A program made the position numbers and the translations under genes. The notes beneath the pieces are model-generated. The model was given only the letters and a program-made list of their open reading frames with translations. It did not search any database and had not been told where the DNA came from. Shown here one piece after another: positions 32,405-37,043 of a DNA stretch of 37,043 bases (within the stretch, counting starts at the first letter, position 1; every line of letters starts with the position of its first letter). Source of the DNA: a virus. Lineage: Duplodnaviria > Caudoviricetes. The DNA lies in the IMG/VR virus record IMGVR_UViG_3300042514_002937, positions 1-37,043 of that record, one strand, 5' to 3'.

Positions 32405-34162
32405 ATGAATGCCATCGTTGAATTGCCCACGGATCACCGCCGCCATGCCAAGCACTTGTACTGGCAGGGCTTTCGCGTGTGCGAGATCGCCGAGCTGATT
32501 GGCGAGAAAGAAAAAACCCTGCACAGCTGGAAGGCGCGCGACGAGTGGGACAGGGCCACGCCGTTGGAGCGTATCCAGGCGGCGACCGAGGCGCGCTTGG
32601 TGCAGTTGATCCTCAAGGACCCGAAGTCGGGCGCGGACTACAAAGAGATCGATCTGCTGGGCCGGCAATTGGAACGCCAGGCGCGCATTGCGCGGTACCA
32701 GGACGGCGGCACCGAGGCGGACTTAAACCCGGAGATAACCAAGCGCAACGCTGGGGAGAAGCGTAAGCCGAAACGCAATGAAATTGGAGAGGAGCACCTC
32801 GAGAAGCTGACCGAGGCGTTTCTAGATGGGTGCTTCGATTATCAAAAAGACTGGTACCGGGCAGGCACTCAGCGCACGCGGGTCATTCTCAAGTCGCGCC
32901 AGATCGGGGCCACGTATTACTTCGCCCGCGAGGCGTTGATCGATGCGCTGACGACGGGGCGCAATCAGATCTTCCTGAGCGCCTCGAAAAATCAGGCGCA
33001 CATCTTCAAGGCTTACATCCAGGCGTTTGCCCGTGATGTGGTGGGCGTTGAGTTGACGGGTGATCCGATCATTTTGCCCAACGGTGCCGAGCTGCACTTT
33101 TTGGGCACCAACGCGCGCACGGCGCAGGGCTACCACGGAAATTTTTACTTCGATGAGTTCTTTTGGACGTTCAAGTTTAACGAGTTGAACAAGGTGGCCA
33201 GCGGCATGGCCATGCAGAAGCAGTACCGCCGCACGTATTTCAGCACGCCCAGTTCGATGGCCCATGAGGCATACACGTTCTGGACGGGCGAGCGCTTCAA
33301 CAAGGGCAAGCCGAGCGCGCAGCACATCAAGTTGGATGTGAGCCACGGCGCGCTGCAGCAGGGGCGGTTGTGCGAGGACCGGTTGTGGCGGCAGATCGTC
33401 ACGATTCTGGATGCCGAGGCGGGCGGCTGCGATCTGTTCGATATCGATGAGCTGCGCCTTGAGTACGCCGCCGAGGCCTTCCAAAACCTGTTGATGTGCG
33501 AGTTCGTCGACGACGGGGCGAGCATCTTCCCGCTGAACATGCTGCAGCCGTGCATGGTGGACAGTTGGGTGGAGTGGGCTGAGGACTACAAGCCATTTGC
33601 TCAGCGGCCCTTTGCCGATCGGGCCGTGTGGGTGGGGTATGACCCTGCGGAGACGGGCGACTCGGCCGGTTTGATTGTGGTGGCACCGCCACTGGTACCG
33701 GGCGGGAAGTTCCGCGTGCTGGAGCGGCATCAGTTCCGGGGGATGGATTACGAGGCGCAGGCCGAGACGATCCGCCAGGTGACGATGCGGTTTTGGGTGA
33801 CTTACATCGGCATCGATGTGACGGGCATGGGCAGCGGCGTGGCCCAGTTGGTGCGGCAGTTCTTCCCCGGCCTCAAGACGTTCAGCTATTCGCCAGAGGT
33901 GAAGACGCGCCTGGTGCTGAAGGCGTGGTCGGTGATCAGCAACGGGCGGCTGGAGTTTGACGCGGGCTGGACGGACTTGGCGTCGTCGCTGATGGCCATC
34001 CGCAAAACCGTGACCGCGAGCGGGCGGCAGTTCACGTACACCGCCGGGCGCAATGACAACACGGGCCATGCCGACTTGGCGTGGGCCTTATTCCATGCAC
34101 TGCACAACGAGCCATTGGAGGGCCAGACGTCCTCCAATACGGCCATTATGGAGATCTACTGA
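32405..34162 (+). CDS. Terminase ATPase (large) subunit gpP
   Basis: KSRQIGAT, YFDEFFW, FSTPS, GYDPA, HADLAWA. Confidence 0.96.
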   Translation: MNAIVELPTDHRRHAKHLYWQGFRVCEIAELIGEKEKTLHSWKARDEWDRATPLERIQAATEARLVQLILKDPKSGADYKEIDLLGRQLERQARIARYQDGGTEADLNPEITKRNAGEKRKPKRNEIGEEHLEKLTEAFLDGCFDYQKDWYRAGTQRTRVILKSRQIGATYYFAREALIDALTTGRNQIFLSASKNQAHIFKAYIQAFARDVVGVELTGDPIILPNGAELHFLGTNARTAQGYHGNFYFDEFFWTFKFNELNKVASGMAMQKQYRRTYFSTPSSMAHEAYTFWTGERFNKGKPSAQHIKLDVSHGALQQGRLCEDRLWRQIVTILDAEAGGCDLFDIDELRLEYAAEAFQNLLMCEFVDDGASIFPLNMLQPCMVDSWVEWAEDYKPFAQRPFADRAVWVGYDPAETGDSAGLIVVAPPLVPGGKFRVLERHQFRGMDYEAQAETIRQVTMRFWVTYIGIDVTGMGSGVAQLVRQFFPGLKTFSYSPEVKTRLVLKAWSVISNGRLEFDAGWTDLASSLMAIRKTVTASGRQFTYTAGRNDNTGHADLAWALFHALHNEPLEGQTSSNTAIMEIY

Positions 34163-35214
34163 TGAGTAAGCGTCGCAATCAAGGCCAGCAAGTGGCCACC
34201 CAAACGCCGCCCGCTGAGGGTGAGGTGATGAGTGCGGCGTCAGGCCATGCTGAGGCCTTCACCTTTGGCGACCCTACGCCGGTGTTGGATGGTCGGGAGA
34301 TCCTCGATTACCTGGAATGCTGGAGCAATGGCCGCTGGTTTGAGCCGCCGATATCGCTGGAAGGTCTGGCGAAGTCGACCAAGGCCAGCGTGTACCTGCA
34401 GAGCGGGCTGACATTCAAACGCAACATGCTGGAGCGGCATTTCATCCCGCATAAGCTGCTGGGGCGGGCGGCCTTCGGGCAACTGGCGCTGGACTGGGTG
34501 ACGTTCGGCCAGGCGTATGTGGAGCGGCGCGAGAACATGCTGGGCCAGCCGCTGGCCTTGCTGCCGTGCTTGGCGAAGTACATGCGGCGCGGGGAGGATC
34601 TGCAGACCTACTACCAGGTGCGCGGGTTCAAGGATGAGCACGTTTTCAAGGCTGGCAGTGTGTGCCACCTGCGCGAGGCGGATATCAACCAGGAGGTGTA
34701 TGGCCTGCCGGAATGGTTGGCGGCGTTGCAAAGCGCGCTGCTGAATGAGAGCGCCACGTTGTTCCGCCGTAAGTATTACAACAACGGCTCACACGCCGGG
34801 TTCATCTTGTACATGACGGACGCGGCGCAGAATGAGGACTTCGTCGGCGATCTGCGCAACGCGATGAAGAACAGCAAAGGCCCCGGCAATTTCCGCAACC
34901 TGTTCATGTACGCACCTGGTGGGAAGAAGGACGGCATCCAACTCATCCCGATCAGTGAGGTGGCGGCCAAGGATGACTTCGCCGCCATCAAGAACATCAG
35001 CCGCGATGACTTGCTCGCGGCGCTGCGCATTCCACCTCAACTGCTGGGCATCGTCCCACAGAACGCGGGCGGCTTCGGCAGCCTGCGCGAGGCCTCTGAG
35101 GTGTGGGCGATGAATGAACTGGAACCGATGCAAGCCCGCCTGGCTCAGCTGAATGACTGGGTGGGGGAGGAAGTGATCACGTTCAAGCCGTTTGAGTTGC
35201 CTGCCAAAGCCTGA
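34162..35214 (+). CDS. Portal protein gpQ (PBSX family)
   Basis: FTFGDP; QEVYGLPE; FRRKYYNNGSHAG; TGATG coupling to gpP. Confidence 0.95.
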   Translation: MSKRRNQGQQVATQTPPAEGEVMSAASGHAEAFTFGDPTPVLDGREILDYLECWSNGRWFEPPISLEGLAKSTKASVYLQSGLTFKRNMLERHFIPHKLLGRAAFGQLALDWVTFGQAYVERRENMLGQPLALLPCLAKYMRRGEDLQTYYQVRGFKDEHVFKAGSVCHLREADINQEVYGLPEWLAALQSALLNESATLFRRKYYNNGSHAGFILYMTDAAQNEDFVGDLRNAMKNSKGPGNFRNLFMYAPGGKKDGIQLIPISEVAAKDDFAAIKNISRDDLLAALRIPPQLLGIVPQNAGGFGSLREASEVWAMNELEPMQARLAQLNDWVGEEVITFKPFELPAKA

Positions 35215-35231
35215 TCTTTACCCGTGCCAAT

Positions 35232-35255
35232 AAAACCGCCTTCGGGCGGTTTTTT
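35232..35255 (+). terminator. Terminator after the portal gene
   Basis: AAAACCGCC-TTCG-GGCGGTTTTTT. Confidence 0.9.
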
Positions 35256-35305
35256 CGTTTCCGCTGGTCGGTGGCTGACTTCTGCAACAAGGCGGCGGTA
35301 TGCTT

Positions 35306-35325
35306 TACTGTATGCACATACAGTA
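35306..35325. promoter_or_regulatory. LexA (SOS) box next to a -10 hexamer
   Basis: TACTGTATGCACATACAGTA (CTG-N10-CAG); TATGCT at 35299-35304. Confidence 0.92.
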
Positions 35326-35341
35326 TTTTGAGGCATGCAGC

Positions 35342-35773
35342 ATGAGCATCGACTATCTGGGCCACCTTAGCTTCGGGGGTGTGCTTTATCCGTATTTCGC
35401 CTTTCGGGTGCCTGCGGGCTTCCCAAGCCCTGCTCAGGATCACCTTGAGCAGGAAATTTCATTAGACGAACTCTTCAACCTGCGAGCACCTCACACGTAC
35501 CTGGTGAAAGTGGTGGGTGACAGCATGGTGCTGGCTGGCATTCACGATGGCGATTTGCTGATTGTTGACCGCTCACGCGATGCAAAGAGTGGCGACATTG
35601 TCATCGCTGCTCTGAACAACGAGCCGCTGGTCAAACGATTCTGCCGTGAGGGTGGTTTGTTGGTACTGCGGTCTGAAAACACGAAGTACCCGCCGCGCTA
35701 CATCATGGAAAGCGATGAGCTGAGCATCTGGGGTGTGGTGCGTTTCAGTGTGCGATGCCATGACGCCGCCTGA
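35342..35773 (+). CDS. umuD: UmuD/RulA-like Pol V accessory subunit (S24 autopeptidase)
   Basis: VPAGFPSPA cleavage site; GDSM catalytic Ser; VKR catalytic Lys. Confidence 0.93.
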   Translation: MSIDYLGHLSFGGVLYPYFAFRVPAGFPSPAQDHLEQEISLDELFNLRAPHTYLVKVVGDSMVLAGIHDGDLLIVDRSRDAKSGDIVIAALNNEPLVKRFCREGGLLVLRSENTKYPPRYIMESDELSIWGVVRFSVRCHDAA

Positions 35774-37043
35774 ACGTATTTTCGCGCTGATCGATTGCAA
35801 TTCCTTTTACGCCAGCTGTGAGCGGGTGTTCCGGCATGATTTGCAGCGCGTGCCGATTGTGGTGCTGTCGAACAATGACGGCTGCGTGATTGCTCGTTCT
35901 GCCGATGCCAAGCCGTTTATCAAGATGGGCGAGCCTTTCTTTCAGATCAAAAACACGCTGCGTAAGCATGGCGTTGTGGCGTTCTCCAGTAATTACGGGC
36001 TTTACGGCGATGTCAGCCAACGGGTAATGACGGTCATAGAGTCCTTGGTGCCAGCGCTGGAGGTGTATTCGATTGATGAGGCGTTTGCCGAGCTGACAGG
36101 TCTACCGGAGGGGCGGATCGAAAATCTTGGCCGCGAGATTCGCTCCCAGGTGTTGCGGGCCACTGGTATTCCCACTGGAGTGGGCATTGCCAGCACAAAG
36201 ACACTGGCGAAATTGGCCAACCATGCCTCAAAGCGATGGCAGCGGCAGACGGGTGGGGTGGTGGATATTCGCGATCCTGTTCGGCGTGACAAGTTGCTCA
36301 AGGTGATTGAGGTCAGCGAGGTGTGGGGCATCGGTAGGCGGATGACTGAGCACCTCGCGGCAATGAATATCAAGACGGCCTGGGAGCTGGCCCAGGCGGA
36401 TGCCTGGACGCTGCGCTCAAAGTTCAGCGTGGTGGTTGAAAAGACGGCTCGCGAGTTGCGGGGTGTTTCCTGCCTCGACTTGGAGCAGGTTGCCCCCCCA
36501 AAGCAGGAGATTTGCTGCTCAAGGGCGTTCGGCAAACGCCTGCGCGAACTGCAGCCGATACGGGAAGCCGTGGCTACCTACGCGGCGCGGGCCTGCGAGA
36601 AGCTCCGGCGGCAGGGTTCGCTGTGCAAGAAGGTCAGGGTCAGCATCCGGACAGGGATGTTTAACCCAGATGAGCCGAAGTTCGCACGGGGCATCATCTG
36701 CGAGCTGCCATACCCAACCGATGACACGCGTGAAATCACCAAGGCTGCGGTCGCCGGGCTTGAGCATGTGTTCCGTGAGGGCTATGCATTCAGCAAGGCT
36801 GAGGTGCTTTTGATGGATCTGCGCCAGCGTGGGGAGTTCACTGACGATATGTTTGCCACAACCCAGCCGGCTGCAGCAGAGAAGGTGATGCAGGTGATGG
36901 ACTCGATCAACGCCAAGTGGGGGAAGGGCACCCTGCGCCCAGGTGGCGTGCCGGCTACACCAGCCTGGGGCATGCGGCGTGAGTTGCTGAGCCCAAGCTA
37001 CACCACTCGGCTGGATCAGCTGTGGACGGTGTACGCCAAGTAG
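35760..37043 (+). CDS. umuC: UmuC/RulB-like Y-family DNA polymerase
   Basis: LIDCNSFYASCE; VLSNNDGC; YSIDE; SPSYTT. Confidence 0.95.
   Translation: MTPPERIFALIDCNSFYASCERVFRHDLQRVPIVVLSNNDGCVIARSADAKPFIKMGEPFFQIKNTLRKHGVVAFSSNYGLYGDVSQRVMTVIESLVPALEVYSIDEAFAELTGLPEGRIENLGREIRSQVLRATGIPTGVGIASTKTLAKLANHASKRWQRQTGGVVDIRDPVRRDKLLKVIEVSEVWGIGRRMTEHLAAMNIKTAWELAQADAWTLRSKFSVVVEKTARELRGVSCLDLEQVAPPKQEICCSRAFGKRLRELQPIREAVATYAARACEKLRRQGSLCKKVRVSIRTGMFNPDEPKFARGIICELPYPTDDTREITKAAVAGLEHVFREGYAFSKAEVLLMDLRQRGEFTDDMFATTQPAAAEKVMQVMDSINAKWGKGTLRPGGVPATPAWGMRRELLSPSYTTRLDQLWTVYAK

Larger units (their letters stand above)
1451..37043. mobile_element. P2-like (phiCTX-type) prophage, right end beyond the window
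   Basis: Integrase next to a tRNA; full P2-order structural genes Q-P/O-N-M-L-X-lysis-R-S/V-W-J-I-H-G/FI-FII-E-E'-T-U-D; ogr; repressor. Confidence 0.95.

Noticed and set aside
32888-32915. Terminase Walker A lacking lysine (KSRQIGAT) as a sign of inactivation
   Set aside because: This variant is normal for P2-family gpP
35215-37043. cos site and attR
   Set aside because: No P2/phiCTX-like cos or tRNA-Leu 3' duplicate found by eye; probably beyond the window

Overview
Pseudomonas-type chromosomal window. It contains host folD and a tRNA-Arg(TCT)/His(GTG)/Leu(TAG) cluster, followed by a ~35.6 kb P2-like (phiCTX-type) prophage. The prophage appears integrated at the 3' end of tRNA-Leu and runs off the right edge; attR and cos are not visible. 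Gene order: integrase, small early genes, TOPRIM primase-helicase, ogr, antA, YmfL/CII-like, Ner/Cox-like, CI repressor, an accessory block, then complete tail, baseplate, lysis and head modules and a LexA-controlled umuDC/rulAB moron. The most notable items are (1) an AT-rich, translationally coupled three-gene cassette (soluble 295 aa + 1-TM + 2-TM), a candidate anti-phage system; (2) a 158-aa miniature terminase-ATPase-like gene in the lysis cassette, a candidate decoy or packaging modulator; (3) a phage-encoded RsmN/RsmF-type CsrA protein with consensus Rsm hairpins over two ribosome-binding sites; (4) repeated CGGCAA-loop hairpin + RBS modules bounding the small early genes; (5) four late promoters with identical geometry, two apparently leaderless; (6) three in-frame palindromes within antA. 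All calls come from reading motifs and synteny by eye; no searches were run.
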